Shown here piece by piece: positions 39,049-50,665 of a stretch of DNA of 64,000 nucleotides; within the stretch, counting starts at the first letter, position 1; the number at the start of each line of letters is the position of its first letter. A program made the position numbers and the translations under genes. The notes beneath the pieces were generated by a model. The model had not been told where the DNA came from. It saw only the letters and a list, made by a program, of their open reading frames with translations, and did no database searches. The DNA comes from Neovahlkampfia damariscottae (lineage: Eukaryota), in NCBI GenBank assembly GCA_016618085.1, contig JABLTG010000020.1:1-64000 (forward strand), read 5' to 3'.

Positions 39049-40359
39049 AATTTTACTGAATTTACTTGATGTGGATCAATAAATCCTCCTTTATATGTTC
39101 CTTTTTTTTTCTTTGTTTTATCATGTCTAAAATCTTTTCCTCTTTTTGTTGAAAAATCAATTGCTGCTTTTCTACCATAACCATCACCAATATTTTCTTC
39201 AAATGTATTATTTTTTAATTTATCATTTAAGTATTGAACATCATCTTCTTCATATCTTCTGAATGGTTTCTTACTTATGCTATCTTCTGTTTTTTCTAAT
39301 TCTTCCAATTTTCTTTTTTTGTTTGTGGTTTCATCTTCTGATGTAGATTCTTTTTCACTTTCGGAATCACTATCTGATGATGATGATGAGCTATCTGATG
39401 ATGAGCTATCTGCTTTTTTTTCTTCTATTTCACTTTCAGAATCAGATGATGAGCTATCTGAACTACTATCTGATGATGATGAGCTATCTGATGATGATGA
39501 GCTATCACTATCTGATGAGGATGATTCACTTTCGGAATCACTATCTGATGATGATGATGAGCTATCTGATGATGAGCTATCTGCTTTTTTTTCTTCTATT
39601 TCACTTTCAGAATCAGATGATGAGCTATCTGAACCACTATCTGATGATGATGAGCTATCTGATGATGATGATGATAATGATTCTTTTTTTTCTTCCTTTT
39701 CACTTTCAGAATCAGATGAATCACTATCACTGTCTGATGAGGATGATTCACTTTCGGAATCACTATCTGATGATGATTCACTTTCGGAATCACTATCTGA
39801 TGAACTATCTGATGATGATTCACTATCTGATGGTGATGATTCTTTTTTTTCTTCTTTTTCACTTTCAGAATCAGATGAATCACTATCTGATGATGATGAT
39901 GATGATGATTCACTTTCTGATGAACTGTCAGATGATGATGAATCACTATCTGATGAACTATCTGATGATTCTTTTTTATCTTTTTCACTTTCTGATGAGC
40001 TACCAGATGACTTCTCTTCCATTTCAGAATCACTATCTGAGTCACTGGATGAACTTGAAGAATCACTATCTGATGAATCACTGGATGAACTATCTGATTC
40101 ACTTTCTGAACTTGAAGAATCACTACCTGAGGAAGTGTCATTGTTATATGAGTCTAATCCTCCTAATTTTTCATCTTCTTTATAATTTTCGAACATAACT
40201 TCTAATGAAAATTCTGGTTTTTCTTTGTCTGACTAAAATAATTGTTGTGTTAAAAATCCAATATTTTACCAGTTTAGTTTCTTTTTTGAAGGCTTCAGCT
40301 GCTGTTTTATATCCATTTTTCGTTAAATAAGAATAAATGCTTAAATTTAATTCAGACAT
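39045..40359 (-). CDS. SRP40: Nucleolar SRP40/Nopp140 (NOLC1) protein, 1 intron
   Basis: LisH-like start IYSYL..NGY..AA.AF.KE, Ser/Asp-rich repeats, C-terminal PFRR..YG.KA..DF..RGKDFRHDKTKKKKGTYKGG.I...SVKF. Confidence 0.92.
39346..40130 (-). repeat. Ser/Asp coding repeats including a 171-bp tandem duplication (~39354 and ~39525)
   Basis: TCGGAATCACTATCTGATGATG... recurs at 39361 and 39532. Confidence 0.85.
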
Positions 40360-40423
40360 TGTTGGTTCAGTTTTATTTGCACCAGACTAGCCAATCAGAA
40401 ACTATGAAAAATTAACCAATGAT

Positions 40424-40691
40424 TTAAATCTTACTTTTTTTTTTTACTTTAATTTTTGGTGGTTGAATTGTGAAACTATATGAAGATGTTTCATCATTTT
40501 CAGTTTTTATGTGATCATCTGAAGCACTGGATTTGAAAGAAATATGAGAACCTGTAAAATTTGTGAAACTTCCAAAACCTAATCCTCTTTTTCCAACGTT
40601 TTTTTTTGATTGTTGTTCATTAGCATAGTTTTCCTTCAATTTAATGAAAAATAAAGTTTACTTGCCATTGTTCTGTGAAACCACTCGACAT
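40424..40691 (-). CDS. Small protein (1 intron), possibly SMAP/KNOP1-like
   Basis: MSSGFTEQWQ|ENYANEQQSKKNVGKRGLGFG...KKKSKI; GLGF motif only, so family assignment is weak. Confidence 0.5.
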
Positions 40692-40718
40692 TCTAATTTG
40701 GAATCTAATAAAATTTTC

Positions 40719-40765
40719 ATTGGTCGTTGAATTTAGCCAATCAAATTTTAGGCGCGAAACCGTTA
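40719..40765. promoter_or_regulatory. INCENP promoter: ATTGG (40719), CCAAT (40737), E2F-type GGCGCGAAA (40751-40759), Myb/MSA-type CCGTTA (40760-40765)
   Basis: Direct match to known consensus sites within 75 bp of the INCENP ATG; GC-rich words are rare in this window. Confidence 0.6.
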
Positions 40766-40793
40766 CAAACAACAACAGAAAGGACAAAGAAGA

Positions 40794-42920
40794 ATGAGCA
40801 TCAAAAATCAAGTTGATGAATTAAGTTCCATCACTGAAGGATACATAAAAAAGTTAAACGTTCAGTATTCAACACATGTACAATGGTTATCAGAATTTAC
40901 GATCAAATCGAAAAAAGAGTTGGCAAAACCATCACTCAACAATTTAATGGCAACACCTAGTGGAAATAAAGAAAAAACACATACAAGAAGTAGTACAACA
41001 CGCGTAAAGAGTCGTAGAGATAGTAAAAGAAAAAAGAAAAAAGACTCTGAAGTTTTGTCTACACCTTCAAATGTTTCATTCACCAAAGAAAATGAAACTC
41101 CAAATACAATAAAAATAATTGGAAAATCAACGAATGAAATCAAATCATCAGTGGAAGACGAAGATGAAGAAATTGAAAGAATTCGTGAGCAAGAAAGAGA
41201 AGAAGAAATAGAAAGACTCAGATATGAAATGAATAAAAGAAGAGAAGAAGAAGAAGAAGAATTAAGACAAGAAGAACTTCGACAAGAAGAAGAAAGAAAA
41301 TATCTTCAATTTTTAGAAAAAGAAAGAGAAAGAAAAGAGAAAGAACGAATTGAACAAGAAAGAAAAGAAGAAGAAAAACGTTTATTTTTTGAACAATTAA
41401 GACTTGAACAAGAAGAAAAAGAAAGACAAGAAGAAGAAGAAAGAAGAAGAATTCAAAAAGAAAAAGAAGAAGAAAGAAGAAGAATAAAAATTGAAAGAGA
41501 AAGAGAAGAAGAAAGAAAAAGAATTCAAAAAGAAGAAGAAGAGGAAAGAATAAGACAATTTCTTCTTGATAAAAAAAGAAAAGAAGAAGAAGAAAAAGAA
41601 AGAAGAAGAATATATTTATACAAAAAAGAACAAGAAAGAATGGAAGAAGAAAGAATAAAAAAAGAAGAAGAATTTTATCGTTTAGAAAAAGAAAGAAAAT
41701 ATCAAGATGAATTAATAAAAAAAGAAGAAGAAAGAAGAATTCAAAAAAATGAAAATGAAAGATTTCATTTAAAAAAGAATTTAGGAACACCTTCAATTTA
41801 TCCTGATCTTCCATCTTCATCAAATGGTGGTGAGATTTGGAGTTTAGATCAAAGTTTTAATAATGATTTTCAAAATAATTCAAATATATATTTAACACCT
41901 GATAAATCAAATATTTCCAAACAAATGGAAAGGATAAAATCAAAATCACCAAATCCAGTATTAACTAATTCATTAATGAATGAATTAAAATCAAAACAAA
42001 AAGAAGAAGAAAATGTAAAAGATACACCACCAAGTTTTATTGATGATGAAGTTCAAAAATATCTTCAAGTTGAAATACCAGAATTCAAAGATATTTATAA
42101 ACAAAATGAACAAGAAGATAGATTTAGTACTACAAGTTCAATAATTTCAATAAGTACAACAGGTTCTTCACCTTGTAATTCACATAAAAATTCAACTTCA
42201 CCTCCTTTAAAAAAATCAATGAAATATCCAAATGTTAAAAAGATTGATGCATTAGAAAAAGCAGAAAGAGAAAGAATAAGAGAAGAAGAAAAACAAAGAG
42301 TAATTGCAGAAAGAAAGAAAAAAACACAATTGATCATTGAACAAAAAAAGAAAGAAAAAAAATTAAAAGAAGAAAATGAAAAAATGATGAAAAGAGAAGA
42401 AGAAAAAAAGAAACAAACTGCATTAAGAGATCAATTGAATCAATTAAAAGGAAATACATCAACAAATAATTCAAATTTAAATACTTCAAATTTATCATCC
42501 ACTTCATCAAAAATTAATAAAATGAAAAAGATGGGACCACCACCTGTATCAAAAATAAAATCAGAAGAAGAAATACTTTCATCTTATAAATTATCTGATA
42601 TTAGTTATAAATCTGAATCCGAAGACGAAGAAGAAGAAATGAGAAGAAGAGCGAAAAAGAAAATACCAATTTGGGCACAAGGTAAAGCATTAGGTGAATT
42701 AGTGGAAAGAACAAGAAAAATTGATCCAAATTTAATCTTTGGTGATTTTACAACATTAAATATTAGTGATATTTGGAAATATGAAACTGGTATTTCATTC
42801 AGATCAAGAAGTTCATCTGGAAATTGGGATAAAGATCATTTTACAAAAAAAGAAGAATCAGAATATAGAAAGAAAATGGGATATCATCATTATCATGAAA
42901 TTAATTATTATAAAAAATAA
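40794..42920 (+). CDS. INCENP: Inner centromere protein (chromosomal passenger complex)
   Basis: N-terminal WL helix, long E/R/K single alpha helix, C-terminal IN-box IPIWAQ...DPNLIFG...RSRSSSGNWDKD. Confidence 0.9.
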   Translation: MSIKNQVDELSSITEGYIKKLNVQYSTHVQWLSEFTIKSKKELAKPSLNNLMATPSGNKEKTHTRSSTTRVKSRRDSKRKKKKDSEVLSTPSNVSFTKENETPNTIKIIGKSTNEIKSSVEDEDEEIERIREQEREEEIERLRYEMNKRREEEEEELRQEELRQEEERKYLQFLEKERERKEKERIEQERKEEEKRLFFEQLRLEQEEKERQEEEERRRIQKEKEEERRRIKIEREREEERKRIQKEEEEERIRQFLLDKKRKEEEEKERRRIYLYKKEQERMEEERIKKEEEFYRLEKERKYQDELIKKEEERRIQKNENERFHLKKNLGTPSIYPDLPSSSNGGEIWSLDQSFNNDFQNNSNIYLTPDKSNISKQMERIKSKSPNPVLTNSLMNELKSKQKEEENVKDTPPSFIDDEVQKYLQVEIPEFKDIYKQNEQEDRFSTTSSIISISTTGSSPCNSHKNSTSPPLKKSMKYPNVKKIDALEKAERERIREEEKQRVIAERKKKTQLIIEQKKKEKKLKEENEKMMKREEEKKKQTALRDQLNQLKGNTSTNNSNLNTSNLSSTSSKINKMKKMGPPPVSKIKSEEEILSSYKLSDISYKSESEDEEEEMRRRAKKKIPIWAQGKALGELVERTRKIDPNLIFGDFTTLNISDIWKYETGISFRSRSSSGNWDKDHFTKKEESEYRKKMGYHHYHEINYYKK

Positions 42921-42959
42921 AATTTGAAAGAGTTGTATAAATAGTTGGCAATATATTAG

Positions 42960-43799
42960 TTATAAAAATAATATTTTATTTTTAACTACATTTTGTCGTT
43001 CATCTTCTTTTAAATAATTTTTAATCAAATAATTTTGAAAATAATTAATTCCAATATTTGAATGAGAAGATATAATAAAAATAGAATCATCACCTTCTTT
43101 TGAATTAAACGAATCAAAATTATTTAAATTTAATTTAATTTTAAATAATATTTTTGATAAATAATTTAAAGAAACAAGATCAGATTTTGTTAAAATAATT
43201 TTAAATTTAATTTTAAATTCTTCTAAAAAATTTAAAATTTCAAAATCCTTTTTCTTTAAACCATGTCTTGAATCAATTAAAATAAATATAATATCATGAT
43301 TAACTTGTTTTAAATATAAATGTAGTAATTTTTTCCACTTGAATATTATATCTTCATTTTTAAATGCGAATCCATATCCTGGAAAATCAACTAAAATAAA
43401 TTCATTTCCAATTTTCCAATTTTCAATTTTATTTGTCTCTCCTGGTTTATTTGATACTTTTAGACAATTCTTTCTTTTCAAAATTGAATTTAGAAAGGAT
43501 GTTTTTCCAACATTTGAACGACCAATAAATCCAATTTTTGATATTTTTTCTTTTTTTATTTTTTTTAAATCTTCAATTTCATTTATACTATTTACTAATT
43601 TTAATTTATTTTTAACAAATATTGAATTTATCATTTCTAAATTTTTTTCTTCTTTTTTTATTCCTTCTTCTTTTTCATTAAAATATCCAAATTTTAAAAT
43701 TTCATTTTTATTTTCTATTAAATTTGGTATTCCTTTTAACTTTAAATATTTTCTTTTGAATAATTTCTCATTCAATCTTTTGTTTTTTATAATATTCAT
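42960..43799 (-). CDS. engB: EngB/YihA (YsxC, GTPBP8-like) GTPase, probably organellar
   Basis: GRSNVGKTS, VSNKPGET, VDFPGYGF, LIDSRHG, LTKSD. Confidence 0.9.
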   Translation of the reverse strand: MNIIKNKRLNEKLFKRKYLKLKGIPNLIENKNEILKFGYFNEKEEGIKKEEKNLEMINSIFVKNKLKLVNSINEIEDLKKIKKEKISKIGFIGRSNVGKTSFLNSILKRKNCLKVSNKPGETNKIENWKIGNEFILVDFPGYGFAFKNEDIIFKWKKLLHLYLKQVNHDIIFILIDSRHGLKKKDFEILNFLEEFKIKFKIILTKSDLVSLNYLSKILFKIKLNLNNFDSFNSKEGDDSIFIISSHSNIGINYFQNYLIKNYLKEDERQNVVKNKILFL

Positions 43800-43844
43800 T
43801 TTTAATTGGTCAATTACAATTATTCCGAGAGAAGTTAAGTGGAC

Positions 43845-45265
43845 ATGTCTACACCTCCAAGAAAAACATCAGGTGGTGGTTTTCTTTCTAATATTGATCA
43901 ATTTTTTGGTGGATTCTTTACAGGAGATATTCCAGAACCTGAACAGTTGACACCTTGGGAATTTGATAGTAAAACTCATAACAACTACTCAAATATTAAT
44001 ACTTTTAGTACCTAATCAATGGATTGGAAGAGAAGGAGAATTTGAAAAGTATATTAAAAATATAAGTAAACATGAATACTTTTTCAAATATAAACCACCA
44101 AAGGATTTTAAAATACCTTTAGATAAAATCAAAGCTCAACAAATAGCAAAACTTGCATTAGAAAAAGATATCAATTTAAAAGATATAAGAATGAAATTAG
44201 TACCAACACAGTAAGATTTATATTAAATATATTTTTAGTGTTTCTGAAACACATTTTTGGAAGTGTTATTTTTATTTTGTATATTATATTCGAAATGAAA
44301 AAGATATTCATTTATTAGATCAAAAATTTGAAAAGATTGAAAAGAATTTAAAAGAAGCACAAGAAATTGAAATTAAACAAATATTAATTGAATTAGAAGA
44401 ATTAGAAAATGATATAAATGATATGAAACATTTATTAAATGATATTATTGTAAAATCATTAAGTGAAAAAAAGAATCCATTTTCCAAAGAGATTGAAGAT
44501 AAAATTGAACATTTAATTCAAGAAAAAAAGAAAATATCATTTTTATTACAAATTGATTTAACAGATAATGATGAATTAATGACTAAAATAGTTAGTCTTG
44601 ATAATCATTTTTTAAGTGTAAAATTTGAATTATTAAATATTAATTAGATGATGAATGAATTTGATAAATATATTGAATTAAAAAAGAAAAAAACAGAAAT
44701 AAAAAAAGAAAAAGATTATTTTATACCACAATGTATTCATATGAAAAAAGAATGCATTTTAAATGATAGAAAAAGAATGGAATTAAGTAAATTAGTACCA
44801 CTTAGATTTAAACAAAGAAATTGGGATTTAATTTATTCAACTTTTGAAAATGGTACACTATTAAATACAATGAATAGAAATATGGAAAATTCAAAAGGAC
44901 CATTTTTTATAATTATTTTAACAACAAAACAAGAAATTTTAGGTTGTTTTCTTGATATTTCTTCTTTAGAAATTGAAACAAATTATTATGGTGGTGGTGA
45001 AACATTTGTATTTAATTGGAACGAAAAATATGATACCATTCAAAAATTTAAATGGACAAAAAAAAATGATTTTTTACTTTTATCAAATGGTAAATCAATT
45101 TATGTAGGTGGTGGTGTCACTTCAAAACCTGCAATTTATATTAGCGATGATTTGTTGAGAGGATCAACTGGACAATGTGACACATTTGATTCTCCACCTT
45201 TAACCAATGAAATTGATTTTGAAATATTTGGAATTCAAGTTTTTTCATTTGAATTTAAAAAATAA
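43845..45265 (+). CDS. BSD domain + helical (GAT-like) segment + TLDc domain protein (3 introns)
   Basis: LTPWE, D.NL..IR..LVP..VSETHFWKCYFY (BSD); 30-nt intron 44618-44647 joins in frame to W.LIYST..NG..L..M...YYGGGETFVF (TLDc). Confidence 0.75.
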
Positions 45266-45293
45266 AATATGTTTAAAATTAAGTTTTATTGTT

Positions 45294-48200
45294 TTAAAAA
45301 TCTTTAATATCCATTCTCATTTTAATATTCATTGATGCTAATTCATTTGATAAATATTTAAAAACATATGGAATTGCAACTTTTTTCAAACATTTACCTG
45401 TATTACATGATTTACAAATAAAATCTTTTGTGAATCCTGAATTTCTTGAAATTGTGACTAATAATCCACCACAATTTGTACAAATGAAAGTCCAATCTTC
45501 ATCAGAACAATGAAATAAACGATCTCTTAACAAAAATGAACAACCGTAAGACAGTAGACCATCTCTTTCCATTTCACCAAAACGAATACCACCACCTCTT
45601 TTTCTTCCTTTTACAGGTTGATGTGTTAATCTATCAACACTTCCAATTGAACGAACTTGAAATTTATCTTTTACCATATGTCTTAATCTTTGGTAATAAA
45701 CAACTCCAATAAAAATATCAACTTTAAATTCTGTACCAAATAAACCACAATACATTGGTTCATTTCCATAGTAATTATAACCTGCTTTTTTCAATTGTTC
45801 ACCAAAATGATCAACTGCTTTATTTTCTTCTGAAAATTTGAATGGAGTTGCATCTGGATAATATCCATGTAAAGCACCACTTTTTGATGACATTGATTCT
45901 AATAACATACCAATAGTCATTCTTGAAGGAAAAGCATGTGGATTGATGATAATATCTGGTTTTATACCTGATTCTGAAAATGGCATATCAATTTCTGGCC
46001 ATAATAAACTCAAAACACCTTTTTGACCATGTCTTGAAGAAAATTTATCACCAATTGTTGGATTTCTATTAATTCTTAAAACAATTTGAATTTTTGTTAT
46101 TCTTTTATCATTATTTTGTGAATCATTTGAAATTATAATTACATTTTCAACAGTTGCATCTTCATCTTGTGATTTCCAATTAACCATTTTAAATTGTTTT
46201 GTAATTGAATTATATTGTGAATAAATTGGAACACCATCTGTTAATTTTGTACCAATTTGAGGTAAACCATCAAGATCTAATAACTGTGAATATTTAACAT
46301 CATTTCCTTTTCCTTGTTCCATTTCTGATAATCTATTTGAAAAATAAACTGGAAATGGATTTTGATTTGAATATTGTTTAAATTCATCTTTAAAATCAAT
46401 AAATTTAGTTTTAATCATTGAACCATGTGCTAAACCTCTTTCATAACTTGATTTATTAACAATCATAGCATCTTCCATATCATAACCAGTATGTGAAATA
46501 ACAGCAACAATTGCATTTGTACCAGTTGGATAATCATTAAATGGTAATTTTTCTTGTAAATCAGTTTGAGATAATGGTCTTTGTGGTGTTTGTAATCTAT
46601 ATAATTTATTATCAGTTCTATGTTGAAATGTATGTGTTGGAATAGCCATTGTTTGTTTTGACATTTGACATTGATAAACATTTCTTGGTGATTGATTAAA
46701 ATCTGAGAATGGTGTTAAATTTCCTAAATAACTTAAAATTGAAGTTGGTGAAATTTCTTTATGAGTTGTTTCATGTTTTTTAAAATCTTCATCTTTACAT
46801 GCAATTGACATGAATAATTGTTCCGCAACACCAATATATTCAATTTTATCATTTCTTAAATTTATAACTGGTCTCATAAATCTAAATTTATGTGTATAAA
46901 TTCCAAATAATGGAAATACTGAATTTTCTTTAATTGGAAATAAACAAAATTCAATAAATTTTGAAATTCTATCAATAGTTTTAAAATATTTCAATTTTTT
47001 AATTAATTGTTTTGATTGGTCAAATGATATTTTACCAATAATTTTACCATCCAATAAAACATCAATTAATTCATTTTGATTTTTAAAAAATTCTTTTTCT
47101 TTTCCTTTTTCTTCTTGTTCTAATGATATCATTCCATTTTCAAGTAAAATATTTTTTAAATTTTTAATTTCATTTTCATCATCACATTTTTTACCAACAA
47201 CATAACATGTTTGAGATAAATGATTTAATAAACCACATGGTGCACCATCAGGTGTATGTACTGGACAAATAAATCCCCATGCTTCAGGTTTTAATCTTCT
47301 AACACTTGTTGTTCTTGAATCCATAAATGGTGCTCCTCTATGAATAGCTCTAAAATGAGATATAAATCTTGTAAAATTAATTTTATCAGCAACAATTGAA
47401 TATCCAGAGAATTGTGGTAATTCAGCTCTAATACCTTGACCAATAACTAAATTTACATTTCCAGTTGATAATAATCTTCTAACTGCTCCTGTTATAGTTG
47501 TATTTGGTTGAAGAAATAATTTTTTAATTTTTTCAAAATCAAATACTTTTGGAATATTTGAATTACTACCAGTACCAGTATAATTCAATCTTAATATTTT
47601 AGTTTTTAAAGATTCTAAATATTTTTCAATTGAATAATTTAAAACTTGTAAATAAATTTGACCACCAGTTAAAACTTCTTGATTTGATAATGAATCTTGA
47701 TCATCAATTAATATTTCATTATTAATCAATTTAAATAACTTTTTAATCATTAAAATTAAAAAATTAAATTTTTCGTCATTTGAATTTAAATGAATTAAAA
47801 TCCATTTATCAATAAATGTTTGACCATTCTTTTCATCATCGAAATTTTCTTTATCAATATTAAACAAATCTTGTTTAAATGATGATCCTAAATGTTTCAA
47901 AAAATCTTTTTTTTCAAAATAATTTGGATATAATTTTTTAGTTTCTCTAATTGATATTTCAATTCTTTCTCGATCTAAATTATTATCTGTTAATAATAAA
48001 TCCAAAATTTCTTTATCATTAACATTTTTTAATGCTTTTAAAATGAAAATTATCGGAACTTTATATTTATATGGGTTTCCAAAACTTAAAGTAATTGTAC
48101 CATGATTTAAATAATGTAATACATTAATTGTTGTAACTTCATCACTTCTAACACTTCTAACAAAAATACCTTTATCAGAATAATCTGTTTCTTTTGTCCA

Positions 48201-48744
48201 ACTTGATCTAATCATAGCTAATGGAAAATTTCTTTTATTTGCGATAATTAAACGTAATAATCTTTCTGTTCCATTTAAAAGGAAATATCCTCCAAATTCA
48301 TGTTGATCTTCTCCTTGTTTTATTAATTCTTTTGGTGTCATTTTTTCAAGAAAACATTTTGAACTTCCAACCATAATAGGTACATTTGATAAATTCTTTT
48401 CAAATTGTTGAACTTTTCCATCTTCTCCTATTTTATATGATAAAGTAATCTTTAATGGTCCTGCATAATCACTTGAACTTTCTCTACATTCTCTTGGATA
48501 AATTTTATTTCCATCTTTTTCTGGTTTTCTAATTTGAATTGAAGAAACCCAAACTTTTTTTTGAAAGAATTAAAAATATAGATCACTTTTTACATTCAAA
48601 TTTTTTTTCACCGACAGTTAAATATTGTCTTGGTAAGTGTTTTATTGTATTTTCTAATCCTTCTCCTATTGCAAAATTAAATGCTTCAATATGAGGTAAT
48701 GATAAGTCATTAAAATAATTTCTTTTTGCAACAGTTTCTTTCAT
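45294..48744 (-). CDS. POLR1B: RNA polymerase I second-largest subunit (RPA2/RPA135), 1 intron
   Basis: PHIEAFN, YPRECRE, WGFICPVHTPDGAPCGLLNHL, DFNQSPRNVYQCQM, GYDMEDA, GDKFSSRHGQKG, RLRHMVKDK. Confidence 0.97.
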
Positions 48745-48848
48745 TTAACTTTTTAGACTTGCAAAATTTTTTTGGACTTAAAATATACAATCATTGGTCA
48801 ATTTTTTTGACCAATAATAATTTTTCAACACAACAACAACTTGAAACC

Positions 48849-49085
48849 ATGGGTGTAATGAAAAACGCAATAAATACATTGAAAACTCTCGACTTTAAAA
48901 GTGTTATGAGTAATGCAAAATATTTAGATCCTTTCAGACCATCTTACAAATGGCTTGAAAAAAAAGAAGACAGACCAAAAGCATTTTTTTATCAACTTGG
49001 AACAATTATCATGTTAGTTGTTGTTCCTATGCAAATTAGCAAATGGAGAAAAAACAGAGCAGCAAAAAACACTCATGAAGATTAA
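48849..49085 (+). CDS. Small single-TM protein (78 aa), unknown function, possibly mitochondrial
   Basis: ATG after CCAAT boxes; one hydrophobic helix LGTIIMLVVVP. Confidence 0.6.
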   Translation: MGVMKNAINTLKTLDFKSVMSNAKYLDPFRPSYKWLEKKEDRPKAFFYQLGTIIMLVVVPMQISKWRKNRAAKNTHED

Positions 49086-49144
49086 ATAAAAATTTTGGAA
49101 CAATATATTTGTATTTTAAAAAAAAAAAAAAACAAACAAATAAT

Positions 49145-49777
49145 TTATTGATTAATTGATGTACTAACTGTAAGATGTTGCATCATTAAAGGATATTTTT
49201 TTGCAAGAGCAGAATATTCAGTTTTTGAAATTTTTCCGTCTTTGTCAGTATCAGCTTCTTTCCAAGTTTCTTCAATTAATTCTGCAAGCTGATCTTTTGG
49301 GATTCCAAGATTGTTTTCAGCCAAAGCTGTTTGTAAAAATTCAGTCATTTCTCCTTTAGAAATGGAATTATCTCTGTCAGCATCGTACAAAAGAAATGAA
49401 ACTAGAAAGTATTAAAATAAATTTGGAGATACAATTAATTTTTTCATTTTCTGTTCCTTTTGATGAAAATACAGATAAACCTGTCACAAATTCAACGAAA
49501 TCAATTTCTCCGTTTCCATCTTCATCGAACATATTGAACATTCTGTTTACAAATTCGGATGATTTTAATCCGAGGGCTTCTTTAAATTCACTTTTATCAA
49601 TGACACCATCATCAGTTTCTGATTTTCCAATTTTATGATAATTTCCATATAACTTTGTAATTTCTTCTTGACTGACTTTTAAATTTAAAAGTTTAAAAGT
49701 TTTTATATTTTACAGTGTGTTTTATCAATTAAAGTTTTAAGAAGCTTTTTATCAATTTTTGCTTTTGAGTTTCCCAT
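49145..49777 (-). CDS. Calcineurin B-like (CBL) EF-hand Ca2+ sensor, copy 1 (2 introns)
   Basis: MGNSK myristoylation start, DDGVIDKSEF, FDEDGNGEIDFVEF, YDADRDNSIS, ADTDKDGKIS. Confidence 0.9.
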
Positions 49778-49888
49778 GCTTTAAAAATACGTTTGATTGG
49801 ATGAATCTAACAAGGGTCTTATTTATTGGTGGAAAATTAAAAATAAAAACCAACGAATAAAATTTTTAACGTTTAAATTTACAACAAT

Positions 49889-50521
49889 TTATTGTTTAAT
49901 ATTTGTTGTTATAGTCATATTTCCAATCATACTTGGGTGTTTTGTGACTAAAACTCTATATTCATCAAATGAAATTTTTCCATCTTTGTCAGTATCTGCT
50001 TCTTTGAATGTAGCATCAACAATACCATCAATTTGATCTTTTGGAATTTCAAGATTATTTTCAGTTAAAGAAGAAGCCAAAAGTTTGTACAATTCTTCTC
50101 TTGAAATAAAAGCGTCACCATCTTCATCATAAATTTTAAATGAAACTAAAAAAAATTAAAATAAAAAGCAATCAAACATTTGAGTTTTTCATCCATTGTA
50201 CCCTTTTCTGAGAAGACAGATAAACCAGAAATAAATTCTTGAAAGTTAATTTTTGAGTCTTTGTTTGTATCAAAAAGAGCAAACATTCTGTCTACGAACA
50301 TTGAATCTTTGAGTCCAAGAATGTTTGAAAAATCATTTTTATCAATATATCCATCTTCATCCTTTGTACTACTGATGTTTTTATAAAGTTCATAAAGTTT
50401 AACAATTTCTTCTTGTTTGACTTGTTTTTCTTTTAAAAAGTTATATTTTCTTACAATGAGTTGTTTCAATTAAAGTTTTAAGTTCATTCTTTTTTAATTT
50501 ATGTTGGTTACCTTGACCCAT
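49889..50521 (-). CDS. Calcineurin B-like (CBL) EF-hand Ca2+ sensor, copy 2 (2 introns)
   Basis: MGQG start, LYELYKNISSTKDEDGYIDK, FVDRMFALFD, LSVF, TFKEADTDKDGKISFDEY. Confidence 0.9.
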
Positions 50522-50665
50522 TGTTATCTCTTTTAATTATTTAGAAAAGATGGACGAACTGCTTACACTTTAACTGATTACTGTTGAAACTGGTGAGCCA
50601 ATCAAAAATAACTTTGGAAATTAACCAATCATTTTTATTAATTTTTTTGACTTTATATTTTCTCT

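Noticed and set aside
39277..40198. Long antisense and alternative-frame ORFs (302, 273 and 181 aa) over SRP40
   Set aside because: Shadows of TCA/GAT Ser-Asp repeats, which lack stops in other frames
41218..41823. 201-aa Phe/Leu-rich minus-strand ORF resembling a membrane protein
   Set aside because: Antisense of the GAA/AGA-rich INCENP helix
43339..43950. 203-aa plus-strand ORF
   Set aside because: Mostly antisense to EngB; its end overlaps the BSD gene out of frame
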